From assembly GCA_021162685.1 (NCBI GenBank), contig JAGGYF010000028.1, positions 9,088-73,087 of the forward strand: 64,000 nt of DNA, given 5' to 3'. The position numbers were made by a program, and so were the translations under genes. The notes below the pieces were generated by a model, which was given only the letters and a program-made list of their open reading frames with translations, had not been told where the DNA came from and made no database searches. Each line of letters starts with the position of its first letter. Position 1 is the first letter of the stretch. Source of the DNA: Candidatus Iainarchaeum sp. Lineage in GTDB: Archaea > B1Sed10-29 > WALL01. Of the stretch, positions 10,771 through 19,871 are shown one piece after another.

Positions 10771-11661
10771 ATGATTGAATTTAGAAAAGAAACACCGATC
10801 AAACACGATTTTGATAGGATTAAGTGTAGTTTTGTTGCTATTGATAAACCTGCTGGGCCATCATCGCATGAAGTAACTGCATGGGTTAAGAAGATTCTAG
10901 ATGTAAAGAAAGCAGGGCATGCTGGTACGTTAGACCCAAACGTTACAGGAGTTTTACCCATAGCAATTGGAAAGGCGACAAAACTTTTGCAGGCATTGGC
11001 AAAATGCGATAAGGAATATGTATGCATAGCTAAGTTTGATAGGCAACCAGATAACATTGAGCAGTATTTTAAAGAATTTACTGGAAAATTTTATCAAACA
11101 CCTCCAAAGGAGAGTGCTGTAAAAAAACGCATGAGAGTGAGAAGAATATACGAACTCAGGATATTGGAAAAGGAAGACACAAGGGTTCTTTTCTATGTAA
11201 AATGCCAGCATGGAACATACATAAGAACATTATGTTCGGATATAGGAGAGGTCATGGGAAATCCATGCAAAATGGAAGAACTCAGGAGAATAAGGGCTGG
11301 GCCATTTGATGAAAAGGATTGCTGTACGTTGCACGAATTAAAGGATTTTGGTCCAGAGAGATGTCTGTTACCTCCTGAGAAAGGTGTTTCCCACCTAAAG
11401 AGGATGATTGTATCAAATAATGCTGTGTCCGCAGTGTGCCATGGAGCAAACCTTGCAAAGGCGGGTGTTGTTGCTATTGATGAGAACATTGAAAAAGGAG
11501 AGATGATAGCACTAATGACTGTAAGTAATGAATTGATTGGATTAGGAAAAGCACTGAAGTCAACCAATGAGATCGTAGAATCAAAAAAGGGCTTTGTTTG
11601 CTCACCTATATCCATAATCATGCCAAAAGATATATACCCAAAGAAGTGGAAGCATGGCTGA
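10771..11661 (+). CDS. cbf5: RNA-guided pseudouridine synthase Cbf5 (TruB family)
   Basis: DKPAGPSSHEV; GHAGTLDP; GTYIRTLC; C-terminal PUA domain. Confidence 0.95.
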   Translation: MIEFRKETPIKHDFDRIKCSFVAIDKPAGPSSHEVTAWVKKILDVKKAGHAGTLDPNVTGVLPIAIGKATKLLQALAKCDKEYVCIAKFDRQPDNIEQYFKEFTGKFYQTPPKESAVKKRMRVRRIYELRILEKEDTRVLFYVKCQHGTYIRTLCSDIGEVMGNPCKMEELRRIRAGPFDEKDCCTLHELKDFGPERCLLPPEKGVSHLKRMIVSNNAVSAVCHGANLAKAGVVAIDENIEKGEMIALMTVSNELIGLGKALKSTNEIVESKKGFVCSPISIIMPKDIYPKKWKHG

Positions 11662-12244
11662 GCACTATTTTACTGAGGAACCTACAAGTAAATTAAGAAA
11701 GAAAACGATCATCATAGAAGTAAATGGAAAAATGTTGGAACTAGAAACTGCGTCTGGTGTTTTTTCATTCGGAAAGCCAGATACTGGTACACTGACATTA
11801 ATAAGGTACATGGAACTCCCAAAACATGGAAAGATTTTGGACATAGGATGTGGCTACGGAATCATAGGGATTGTTGCTGCACTTGAAACAGATTGTGATG
11901 TTACAATGAGCGATGTAAACAAAAGGGCATTGATGCTTGCAAAGAAAAACGCAAAAATGAATGGAGTTAATGTTAGAATTGTCCATAGTAATCTATTTGA
12001 AAACATTAACGAGATGTTTGAGTGTATACTATCAAACCCTCCAATATCTGCTGGAAAGGATATTGTTTTCAAACTGATAGAACAATCATTTGAACATCTG
12101 AACAAGGATGGAACATTACAGATTGTAGCAAGATCGAAAAAAGGAGGGAGAAGTATAAAACAGAAGATGGAAGAGGTATTTGGAAACGTAGAAACTATAG
12201 GGAGGCAATCTGGTTTCCATGTGTATAAATCTATAAAGTATTAA
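11654..12244 (+). CDS. Class I SAM-dependent methyltransferase (RsmC/MTS-like)
   Basis: SGVFS; LDIGCGYG; SNPP. Confidence 0.88.
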   Translation: MAEHYFTEEPTSKLRKKTIIIEVNGKMLELETASGVFSFGKPDTGTLTLIRYMELPKHGKILDIGCGYGIIGIVAALETDCDVTMSDVNKRALMLAKKNAKMNGVNVRIVHSNLFENINEMFECILSNPPISAGKDIVFKLIEQSFEHLNKDGTLQIVARSKKGGRSIKQKMEEVFGNVETIGRQSGFHVYKSIKY

Positions 12245-12307
12245 TAGAGCAAAACACAAAAGGTATGAGGTTTCGGGATACACCTGCTACTACCATAGAA
12301 ATCATTG

Positions 12308-12324
12308 AAGCTGGGGTCGCATAG
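12308..12324 (+). repeat. 17-bp direct duplicate of the tRNA-Ser 5' end (AAGCTGGGGTCGCATAG)
   Basis: Identical to 12384-12400. Confidence 0.95.
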
Positions 12325-12375
12325 GCCCAAATTACATATGGGCGTTCGTAGTGGGATACAAGATCCCACTATTAG
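12325..12375 (+). repeat. tRNA-linked structured repeat element, copy A
   Basis: GCCCA-AATTACATA-TGGGC hairpin + GTTCG + TAGTGGGAT-ACAAG-ATCCCACTA hairpin + TATTAG; homologous to 32047ff, 32162ff, 63855ff. Confidence 0.85.
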
Positions 12376-12385
12376 AAAACCATAA

Positions 12386-12469
12386 GCTGGGGTCGCATAG
12401 CCTGGTAGTGCGCAGGCCTGGAGAGCCTGTTTCCTTCGGGATGCGTGGGTTCAAATCCCACCCCCAGCG
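12386..12469 (+). tRNA. tRNA-Ser(GGA)
   Basis: Acceptor GCTGGGG/CCCCAGC; anticodon arm CAGGC-CTGGAGA-GCCTG; long variable arm; GTTCAAATC; G73. Confidence 0.95.
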
Positions 12470-12563
12470 CTCTACTACTGGAGCTAATAGCGCCAAGAGA
12501 ACCAAAAGCAATATAAACAATTATTGTATAAACTTATAACGTATAATTTTATAAGGTGATTGA

Positions 12564-12836
12564 ATGGCAACTGCTCAGCAAGTACTGCATTATCCAAGGC
12601 TTGACACCGTGCTCATGATAGAAGATGCAATAAAGAAGGCAGGGGAGTATCCAACGAAAACACAACTGTGGAGAAGCCTTCCGAGGCAGGTGATGTACCG
12701 CACCTTCAACCTAGTTCTTGATTACTTGGAAAGTTCTGGGAAGATTTTGATTGACACAGATGGGAGGATTGTCTGGGTGTTTGCCGACAACCCAAAGCTC
12801 AGGAAACTTATCAAGGAAAGTGTGAAGGTGCGCTGA
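12564..12836 (+). CDS. Small winged-helix-like protein, putative antitoxin
   Basis: YPRLDTVLMIE..LPRQVMYRTF..LDYLESSGKI; TGATG coupling to downstream toxin-like gene. Confidence 0.65.
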   Translation: MATAQQVLHYPRLDTVLMIEDAIKKAGEYPTKTQLWRSLPRQVMYRTFNLVLDYLESSGKILIDTDGRIVWVFADNPKLRKLIKESVKVR

Positions 12837-13180
12837 TGTACAGCGTGAAGCTGAGCCCAGAATTCAACAAAGAGTTTGCGAAGCTGCAGCAAAGAGCAGA
12901 GAAAGGTGGCGGAGAGGCCACTTATCTCATGAAAATAGTCAACAAAGGAATCTCAAGGATTGCCACGAAACTCACTGTAGGAAAGAAAGTTCCCAAAAAG
13001 CTCTGGCCAAAAGGATACATCAAAAAGTATGGCATAACTAACCTCTGGAAACTGGACTTGGACAAGCACTGGCGGATGCTTTACACGATAACCGGAGACC
13101 AGGCAGAACTCATTGGAATCGTTCTGGATGTTATGGACCACAAGAAGTACGATAGGAAATTTGGGTACAAGACCAGCTAA
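12836..13180 (+). CDS. RelE/ParE-superfamily toxin-like protein
   Basis: MYSVKLSPEF..; NLWKLDL..WRMLYTI..LDVMDHKKYDRKFGY; basic, 114 aa. Confidence 0.7.
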   Translation: MYSVKLSPEFNKEFAKLQQRAEKGGGEATYLMKIVNKGISRIATKLTVGKKVPKKLWPKGYIKKYGITNLWKLDLDKHWRMLYTITGDQAELIGIVLDVMDHKKYDRKFGYKTS

Positions 13181-13303
13181 CTCTTGGCACCGCTATACGG
13201 CATAGCGTAGCACCTGGCAATTTTCCCATAAAATTGCGTGCCCCAGCGCTCTTTAAAGAACGTAATTCAATATAAATTGTTACAAATTATGATTGGTGGT
13301 GGA

Positions 13304-13549
13304 ATGACCCAGGTTGTCGTAACACTAAACAAGGAACTAGATAAAGTAGTGGGCATAATTAAAAGCATGTACGGTTTCTCATCCAAGAACAAAGCAATAC
13401 AATTCATAATCAGGAGGGAAGCTGAGGAGCTTCTTGAGAAAGAACTAAGACCTGAGTTCGTGCAGAGGATATTGAGGTTGGAGAGAACTGGTAGGTTTAA
13501 GAAGTATGCTTCTTTAGATGAATTAAGGGATGAGGTAGAGTATGCATAA
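13304..13549 (+). CDS. Putative RHH antitoxin (DUF2683-like)
   Basis: VVGIIKSMYGFSSKNKAI..ELRPEFVQRI..SLDELR; GGTGG SD. Confidence 0.7.
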   Translation: MTQVVVTLNKELDKVVGIIKSMYGFSSKNKAIQFIIRREAEELLEKELRPEFVQRILRLERTGRFKKYASLDELRDEVEYA

Positions 13550-13602
13550 GCTTAGTTAAATTCTACGACTTTGACCACCATGATAAGGTGTATAAGAAGT
13601 AA
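13542..13602 (+). pseudogene. Internally deleted RelE-type toxin remnant
   Basis: ATG CAT AAG CTT overlapping the antitoxin stop, joined out of frame to VKFYDFDHHDKVYKK*. Confidence 0.65.
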
Positions 13603-13736
13603 ATGCTCAATTTGTATCACTACTAGGGACGGTCCACAGCGCTCTACTGTTGGATTTTTCAAATATAATTGCAATGCAACTGTTTCCCAAATATATTTAA
13701 ATACTATTACATAGGAAAAAACTGTTGGTGAGAAGA

Positions 13737-16499
13737 ATGAAAAAAGCCTTAGCAATCCTCTTGTTGGTTTGTGCTGCAGCAGCACTTCCAGACCTAGCAA
13801 TAGAACGTTTTTCTCATGAGCTAGGTGAAGATTTTACAGTAAGCTTTACTGCTGTAATTACAAACAAAGGGACTAACTCAACAGAATCCTGTATAATGGC
13901 TTTTTCCCAGGATGAAGAATGGGCAAATAATAAAATAATAACTATTGGCGCTCTTGAACCAGGCCAGTCCCAAAAAATCAACTGGCAATGGGAGTACTAT
14001 GAGCCAGGTGAAAAAAAGCCAGGCATTTTTGTTGACGCATTTAATCCTGAATGCCAATGCTATCAAGGACCTGGTCATGCTGGAAGCATTGAAGAAGAAA
14101 ACGAGGAAAACAATGTCGCTTATCTGAGTTTTGAACTTGAAGCAGAGAATAAGCCGCCAGTAGCGATACTTGCTGTTCCAGTAAGTGTTTGCTTAGAAGG
14201 AGGAGAATGCACTCCTCCTTGCTCAGTTGGCAAGCCATGCAGGTTTGATTGCTCGCAAAGCTACGACCCTGACGGCTTTATTAGCTGTTGGAGCATTGAA
14301 TTCGGTGATGGAACAGCCCAAGCGTCAGAATGCGCAGCAGAAAAAGAAAACAAGCCTGGCGTGATCGAGCACAGCTACACTAAACCAGGAATCTACGAAG
14401 TCAAACTTACTGTCACTGATAACAAGGGAGCTAGTGGTTCAGCTACCGCAGGAATACAGGTCGGTGAAGTCACCAACCAGCCACCAGTAGCAAAAATAAG
14501 GCAAGTGGGCGACTGCTATGCTTCCCAAAACTGTAATTTTGACGGGTCAAACTCTTATGATGCTGATGGGAAAATAGTGAAGTTTACTGTTGACTTTGGT
14601 GATGGTGAAACCATTTCCTCAGAAGGCAGTCCAGCAGGGTTCGGGCATTCTTATTCAAGGCCCGGCACTTACGGAGTAACCCTCACCGTATTTGATGACA
14701 AAGGAGAAAAAGGATACGATAAAATTCTTGTCGAAGTTGAAGAATCCCCACTAGAAGAAGGCGTAGTGGAACTAGCAAAATGCCTTGGAGAAAAAAGTGT
14801 CCTTTACACGAATGATGTCTGTCCATACTGCATAAAACAAAAAAGGCTTTTTGGAAACGCTTACCAGTACTTAACTGTCATGGACTGCGGCATTGACCTC
14901 TCCTTATGCAAAGAAGTGAAAGGTGTACCGACTTGGGAGATAAATGGAGTTAAATACACTGGTTACAAGTCCCTTGAAGAATTAAAGCAATTGAGTGGGT
15001 GTGGGGTTCCTGTTGAGGGATTGTATGCAAAAATCGGGGAGGAGTTTACCCTCTCAATAAACCAGCCAGTAAAAATAGTAGACTATATTGACTCCCATGC
15101 AAATCCATTGAAAATCACGCTACTAAGCATCAACCCGATCTGCCACCCTAAAGAACCGTGTCCCACTGTTATTCCTTATGCCCAAGTAAAAGCAGAGTTT
15201 AGTGGAGAAACCGAAGTGCGAAAGATTACTACTGGAAGTGAAATAAATTTATTTGGGGTTGTATTGCGCACCATTAGCGTTGACAACATAGCACCGGGGT
15301 CAGTAACGCTTGTTGTCAAAAAGCCAGGAGTTATGTACTGCGAGCCAAACGTGGAATACCATTTTACCAACAAGTGCAAGTGTCCAGAAGGAACAAACTT
15401 GGTGTGGTTAAGCCGCTCTGTTTTTGTCTGCAAGAAAGAAGAGATTGTCCATGCGCGGCTGGGTCAAGCCTTTGAACTAAAGCCCAAGCAAATAGCGAAA
15501 CTAATGGATTATAGAGTCTTGACAATGCGTTTGGACAGCATTGTTTCTTCAGAAAACAAGAAAGCGGCTATTATCACTGTATGGCCAACATATGAGAGAG
15601 TCACCTTGGTGAAAGAGGAACCAATAACAGAAAAAGCAACAATGAGGCCTGTGACAGCCACCGCAGGCAAGGTAGTGACAGGTGTAAAAGTAGTACCAAG
15701 TATTACCAAGCCTGTTGAATCCCCACCAATTGTTCCCAGGCAATACCAAGTTTTAGAAGGAGAGTCAGTTAACGTGTTTGGAGTTAGGATGATGGTTAAA
15801 GAATTAACTGAAAGGTCTGCAGTATTTGTGATAACAAAGCAGACACCTTGGACTTCATGCGACCAAGCATGCAAGCAGAAGGGTTATGCAGGAGGACACT
15901 GCTCGTCAGCATGTACAGGAGTTAGCATCGGAGAGGAGTTCTGTCCACAGCCAGTATTTGAAGCCAAAGAAGAGACACCCCCTCTTCCTCCAGTGCTGAG
16001 TTGCTGCTGCCAGCCAGAAGAAGAAACAATAAAAATTGTTATTCACAAGGGGTGGAACTTGTTCTCGATGCCTGGTGAAATAAGACCTGTATCAGAAAAG
16101 TGTGACAGCAGGAATTGGAGGGTTTTTGAGTATAACAGGGAAACAAGAAAATTTGAGGCAGTCAAATGGCCTGAGATTGGCAAGGCTTATTGGCTTTATG
16201 CTGACAAGCCCTGCACTGCAGAAGTGAGAATATCAAAACCTGTTTTGCTGGAAGAACTTGAGGGTATTTTGCCTGGTTGGAACCTCGTGCCAGTAGTTCC
16301 TGATATGATTGGAAAATCCCTTGAAGAATTAAGTGATTGTACTGGGCTGAAGGTTTACACATACGATACCAGCAGCAGGAAGTGGATAAAAGTGGATAAA
16401 ATAACAGAAGAATTCTATGGAAGGGGTCTGGCAGTAAAATCAGAGCTCAAATGCTCTTTTAACACACTGCCTTCCATTCCCCCTTTCCCAGAGGAGTGA
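13737..16499 (+). CDS. Large secreted multidomain surface protein (CARDB, 2x PKD, thioredoxin-like, Cys-rich, GWNL repeats)
   Basis: Signal peptide; IEEENEENN; SYDPDG..FGDG..HSY..PG.Y.V.LTV.D twice; CPYC..KQK..FG..GVPTW; GWNLFS/GWNLVP. Confidence 0.8.
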   Translation: MKKALAILLLVCAAAALPDLAIERFSHELGEDFTVSFTAVITNKGTNSTESCIMAFSQDEEWANNKIITIGALEPGQSQKINWQWEYYEPGEKKPGIFVDAFNPECQCYQGPGHAGSIEEENEENNVAYLSFELEAENKPPVAILAVPVSVCLEGGECTPPCSVGKPCRFDCSQSYDPDGFISCWSIEFGDGTAQASECAAEKENKPGVIEHSYTKPGIYEVKLTVTDNKGASGSATAGIQVGEVTNQPPVAKIRQVGDCYASQNCNFDGSNSYDADGKIVKFTVDFGDGETISSEGSPAGFGHSYSRPGTYGVTLTVFDDKGEKGYDKILVEVEESPLEEGVVELAKCLGEKSVLYTNDVCPYCIKQKRLFGNAYQYLTVMDCGIDLSLCKEVKGVPTWEINGVKYTGYKSLEELKQLSGCGVPVEGLYAKIGEEFTLSINQPVKIVDYIDSHANPLKITLLSINPICHPKEPCPTVIPYAQVKAEFSGETEVRKITTGSEINLFGVVLRTISVDNIAPGSVTLVVKKPGVMYCEPNVEYHFTNKCKCPEGTNLVWLSRSVFVCKKEEIVHARLGQAFELKPKQIAKLMDYRVLTMRLDSIVSSENKKAAIITVWPTYERVTLVKEEPITEKATMRPVTATAGKVVTGVKVVPSITKPVESPPIVPRQYQVLEGESVNVFGVRMMVKELTERSAVFVITKQTPWTSCDQACKQKGYAGGHCSSACTGVSIGEEFCPQPVFEAKEETPPLPPVLSCCCQPEEETIKIVIHKGWNLFSMPGEIRPVSEKCDSRNWRVFEYNRETRKFEAVKWPEIGKAYWLYADKPCTAEVRISKPVLLEELEGILPGWNLVPVVPDMIGKSLEELSDCTGLKVYTYDTSSRKWIKVDKITEEFYGRGLAVKSELKCSFNTLPSIPPFPEE

Positions 16500-16505
16500 T
16501 TGAAA

Positions 16506-16685
16506 ATGAAGTTAATTGTCTTGCTTTTGGTTTGCGCACTTTTGCTTACACTAGGGTGCGTGGAAGTGACAGAAGAAACACCATTAAATGAAACCAATGT
16601 AAGTGTTGAGGAAACAACTGGAATCCCTACGCCAACTCCAGAAATGTGGAATGAGACAGCAGAGCCACCAGAGTTGCCGTTTTAG
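16506..16685 (+). CDS. Small lipoprotein
   Basis: MKLIVLLLVCALLLTLGC lipobox; acidic/Pro tail with N-x-T/S sequons. Confidence 0.7.
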   Translation: MKLIVLLLVCALLLTLGCVEVTEETPLNETNVSVEETTGIPTPTPEMWNETAEPPELPF

Positions 16686-16732
16686 AGATTTCTTGACCCC
16701 ACTTGCGGTGTTTCTTCAACTCATAGTCAGGC

Positions 16733-17136
16733 TCATAAAACAAGCAAAATCAGACTTATTGCCCCTAGTATTACTGCAAACAACTTTGTCGTAGTCAAAC
16801 TCTCGTGAAAGAACAATATACCTCCCACAACAGCAATGATAAACGAGAGGCTTCTTATTGTGGAGACAAGTGATACTGGCCCGATATGTATCCCATATAG
16901 AAATGAAAAATATGCTATCCCCGCAACAACTCCTATCAGTATTATGAGAGGCAGTTCGTTTTTTACACCCATAATATCTGTCTTTCCGAGTATGAGTGAA
17001 AGAGCAAGAACTGTTAGAAACATAAATAATGTTATCCACGTTACGACGATGAATCTATCCCCTTTGGCAACTTGTATAATAATGTTAGGATACCATAGAG
17101 AATCATAGCAGAAACTGCGGGGATTAACCAGTTCAT
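16733..17136 (-). pseudogene. EamA/DMT-family transporter, frameshifted near 17070
   Basis: MNWLIPAVSAMILYGILTLLYK (ATG coupled to upstream TGA) continues in another frame as VAKGDRF..GPVSLVSTI..FFHESLT. Confidence 0.7.
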
Positions 17137-18269
17137 CACAACACCCCCATAAGCAATGCAATTCCTAAACCAAGTATAATTATCCCTGCTACAAGGTGCA
17201 AGTGCCTAAGCTTTCCTTTCCTCCACTTCTCAACACGCTCTGGTGACAATCCTTTGTAAACCATAAATGTTATGAAAAGCATTGGGAGAATGAATATGGC
17301 ATTATACAAAAGAAGCAACATAATTGCCAATGCCTGTGTTGCTCTTCTCGCTAATAATCCCAAAACAACAATATATGGACCACTTGTACAAGGCAACAAA
17401 AACAAACTGACAATGAACCCAATAAAGAATGCACCTGGAGCACTTGTAACTGATTTTATTATGCGTTTTAGTGTTGGCCTCCATGACTGTGGGACTTCCA
17501 TAACAAAGCCGCCACCACCATATCTCAGATAATCTTTAATGTTTAGTAAACCAACAACAACTGCAAGTGCACCTACTATATAGTAAATGGTTCGCGTTGC
17601 ACCTGCCCATTGTATTGCAGAAAATAATCCTAAACCCATCAGAAAGTAAGAGATAAATATTGCTAATGAAAAAGCAATTCCTGCTTTTAACACCCTGAAC
17701 CTATCACCAGCCACAAGGATTGTTGTAAGTAGGATAATAAGGACTGCAAATGCACACGGATTTATGGCATCAACAGCAGAACCAGCAATAACTGCTGAAA
17801 CCAGTGAAAGAAGATTAACGCCCTCAACAGGCGATACCTCTTTTGTTGTAACGAATGTTGCATTTTCTATCTTTTCTCCAGGAGATGGACAGCCATATGT
17901 GATACACTCTTTAATTGTATTTTCTATGGCTTTTGGTGTTGGTTCACCAAAGATACCACGTGGATCCCATCCAACAATGACTTTGTTACCTATAAATAAC
18001 GTAGGCACTCCTTGTATTGTTGTGTTGTATGCTTCTGCAGTCCTTTTAAACAATGCCCGGTTTGTTGTGTTTCTGTATATCTCAAATCGCTCAGCATGGA
18101 ACTCGGGGTATTTTGCCTCCATCTGCTCCAAAAAGGGCTCTTCTTTTGCACAATGCGGGCATCCTTGGCCCCAGAAGAAATATGCTGTTACATTATATGC
18201 AAAAACAGACGAAATGAGCAATAAAAGGAGGAATTTTCCCTTCATAGTATCACTCCTTTTATTAATCAA
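17136..18269 (-). CDS. Thioredoxin/glutaredoxin domain fused to CcdA/DsbD-type membrane domain
   Basis: GCPHC..GVPT; DAINPCAF; LPCTSGPY; multiple TMs. Confidence 0.85.
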   Translation of the reverse strand: MINKRSDTMKGKFLLLLLISSVFAYNVTAYFFWGQGCPHCAKEEPFLEQMEAKYPEFHAERFEIYRNTTNRALFKRTAEAYNTTIQGVPTLFIGNKVIVGWDPRGIFGEPTPKAIENTIKECITYGCPSPGEKIENATFVTTKEVSPVEGVNLLSLVSAVIAGSAVDAINPCAFAVLIILLTTILVAGDRFRVLKAGIAFSLAIFISYFLMGLGLFSAIQWAGATRTIYYIVGALAVVVGLLNIKDYLRYGGGGFVMEVPQSWRPTLKRIIKSVTSAPGAFFIGFIVSLFLLPCTSGPYIVVLGLLARRATQALAIMLLLLYNAIFILPMLFITFMVYKGLSPERVEKWRKGKLRHLHLVAGIIILGLGIALLMGVL

Positions 18270-18343
18270 CCGAAATATTTATATATAATTTTGAATATAA
18301 ATTCATTACTGTATTGAATATATATTCAAAAGGAGGTGAATAT

Positions 18344-18676
18344 ATGCCATATGGAGATGGAACAGGACCTTTAGGATTAGGACCAATGACTGGAAGAGGT
18401 CTTGGATACTGCGCTGGATATAATGCTCCAGGTTTTGTTTTTGGCCCAGGTTGGGGCAGAGGAAGAGGCTGGCGCAGAGGATGGGGCAGAGGATTTGGAT
18501 GGAGGTTTTGGGGTGCACCATATTGGAGAGCACCATATCCACAACAATACTGGAAACCAACAAAGGAGGAAGAAAAGACCATATTACAAGAAGAACTAAA
18601 AGCTTTAGAAGAAGAAATGAAGGCAATTGAAGAGGAAAGAAAAGCCATCCAGAAAAAACTTGCAGAGCTGAAGTAG
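18344..18676 (+). CDS. DUF5320-like Gly/Arg-rich protein
   Basis: MPYGDGTGPLGLGPMTGRGLGYC; C-terminal coiled coil. Confidence 0.8.
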   Translation: MPYGDGTGPLGLGPMTGRGLGYCAGYNAPGFVFGPGWGRGRGWRRGWGRGFGWRFWGAPYWRAPYPQQYWKPTKEEEKTILQEELKALEEEMKAIEEERKAIQKKLAELK

Positions 18677-19108
18677 ATGCCAAGACCAAGAAAACCCAGG
18701 TTGGTTGCAGGCGTCCCATCTATAACATATTTCAAACCTGCTGGCGTGCCTTTGCGTGGGGTTGATGAGGTAGTGTTAACAGTTGAGGAATATGAGGCTA
18801 TAAAACTAAAAGACCTCGAAGGAAAGACACAGGAAGAAGCAGCAAAAGAGATGGATGTATCGCAACCAACATTCTTTAGAATATTAGAAAGCGCAAGGAA
18901 AAAGATTAGCGATGCAATTGTTAATGGAAAGGTAATACGTATAGAAGGAGGTAGTTATATGGTAGGAAGAGGAAGAATGGGAGGGAGCGCACTTGGACCA
19001 GGAGGTTACTGTGTATGCCCAAAGTGTGGATATAAGGTTCCACATCAGAGGGGTGTTCCGTGCTATAGTATGACATGTCCAAAGTGTGGAACACAGATGA
19101 CAAGGTGA
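18677..19108 (+). CDS. DUF134 DNA-binding protein with C-terminal Zn ribbon
   Basis: [29 protein letters not shown]; CVCPKCG..CPKCG. Confidence 0.88.
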   Translation: MPRPRKPRLVAGVPSITYFKPAGVPLRGVDEVVLTVEEYEAIKLKDLEGKTQEEAAKEMDVSQPTFFRILESARKKISDAIVNGKVIRIEGGSYMVGRGRMGGSALGPGGYCVCPKCGYKVPHQRGVPCYSMTCPKCGTQMTR

Positions 19109-19112
19109 AAAG

Positions 19113-19475
19113 ATGAAAGTCATCAGGAACCCGAATTGGATAGAAGGAAAGGGCGAGATGAAATACAAGAAGAGGATTTTGATGGAGAATGTCCCACCTT
19201 CAGTTAATTTAATAGAGGATGTTGTGATACCACCAGGTGGGAAGATCCCCTCACATGCACACAAGGCAACAACCGAGTTGTTTTATATAACAAGTGGGAA
19301 GGCAAGGATGAAAGTCCAGAATAAAGAGTTTGAGGTTAACCCAAAAGATATGGTTTTAGTTGAGGTTGGGGAGAGTCATAGCTTTATCAATAATTCAGAT
19401 GAAGATTTTGAAATGATAGTGCTTAAAATAAATTTCAGAAAAGATGACGCAATTTTATATGAGGTGAAAAAATGA
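19113..19475 (+). CDS. Cupin domain protein
   Basis: HAH..E.FYI..G..GESHSF. Confidence 0.85.
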   Translation: MKVIRNPNWIEGKGEMKYKKRILMENVPPSVNLIEDVVIPPGGKIPSHAHKATTELFYITSGKARMKVQNKEFEVNPKDMVLVEVGESHSFINNSDEDFEMIVLKINFRKDDAILYEVKK

Positions 19476-19870
19476 GAATAGCAGTAGCTTCGTCAGGACC
19501 AGGGCTTAATGCAGAAGCAAGCCCAATGTTTGGGAGATGTCCCTTTTTTGTAATTGTCAACATTGAGGAAAACAATATAAAGGAAGTTAAAAGCATTCCA
19601 AATACTGCAACAGCATATCGTGGCGGAGCAGGTATATCGGCAGCAGAACTTGTGGGCAATGAGAACGTTGATGCAGTAATAGCTGGTGCAATAGGACCAA
19701 GGGCGTTTGATGTGCTTAAACAGCTTGGGATAAAGCAATACATTGGCGTGCCAGGAACCGTAGAAAAAAACATTGACCTACTACTTAAAGGAGAGCTTAA
19801 AATGGTCGGCAGTCCAACAGGACCAATGAGGATGCCTCCTGGAAGAAGGGGCAGGAGAGGAGGTCAATAA
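19472..19870 (+). CDS. NifB/NifX-family FeMo-cofactor-binding-like protein
   Basis: MRIAVA..FGRCPFF..GGAGI..IGPRA. Confidence 0.88.
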   Translation: MRIAVASSGPGLNAEASPMFGRCPFFVIVNIEENNIKEVKSIPNTATAYRGGAGISAAELVGNENVDAVIAGAIGPRAFDVLKQLGIKQYIGVPGTVEKNIDLLLKGELKMVGSPTGPMRMPPGRRGRRGGQ

Positions 19871-19871
19871 A

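Noticed and set aside
12470-18300. Provirus or autonomous integrative element at tRNA-Ser
   Set aside because: No integrase, replication or virion genes recognisable
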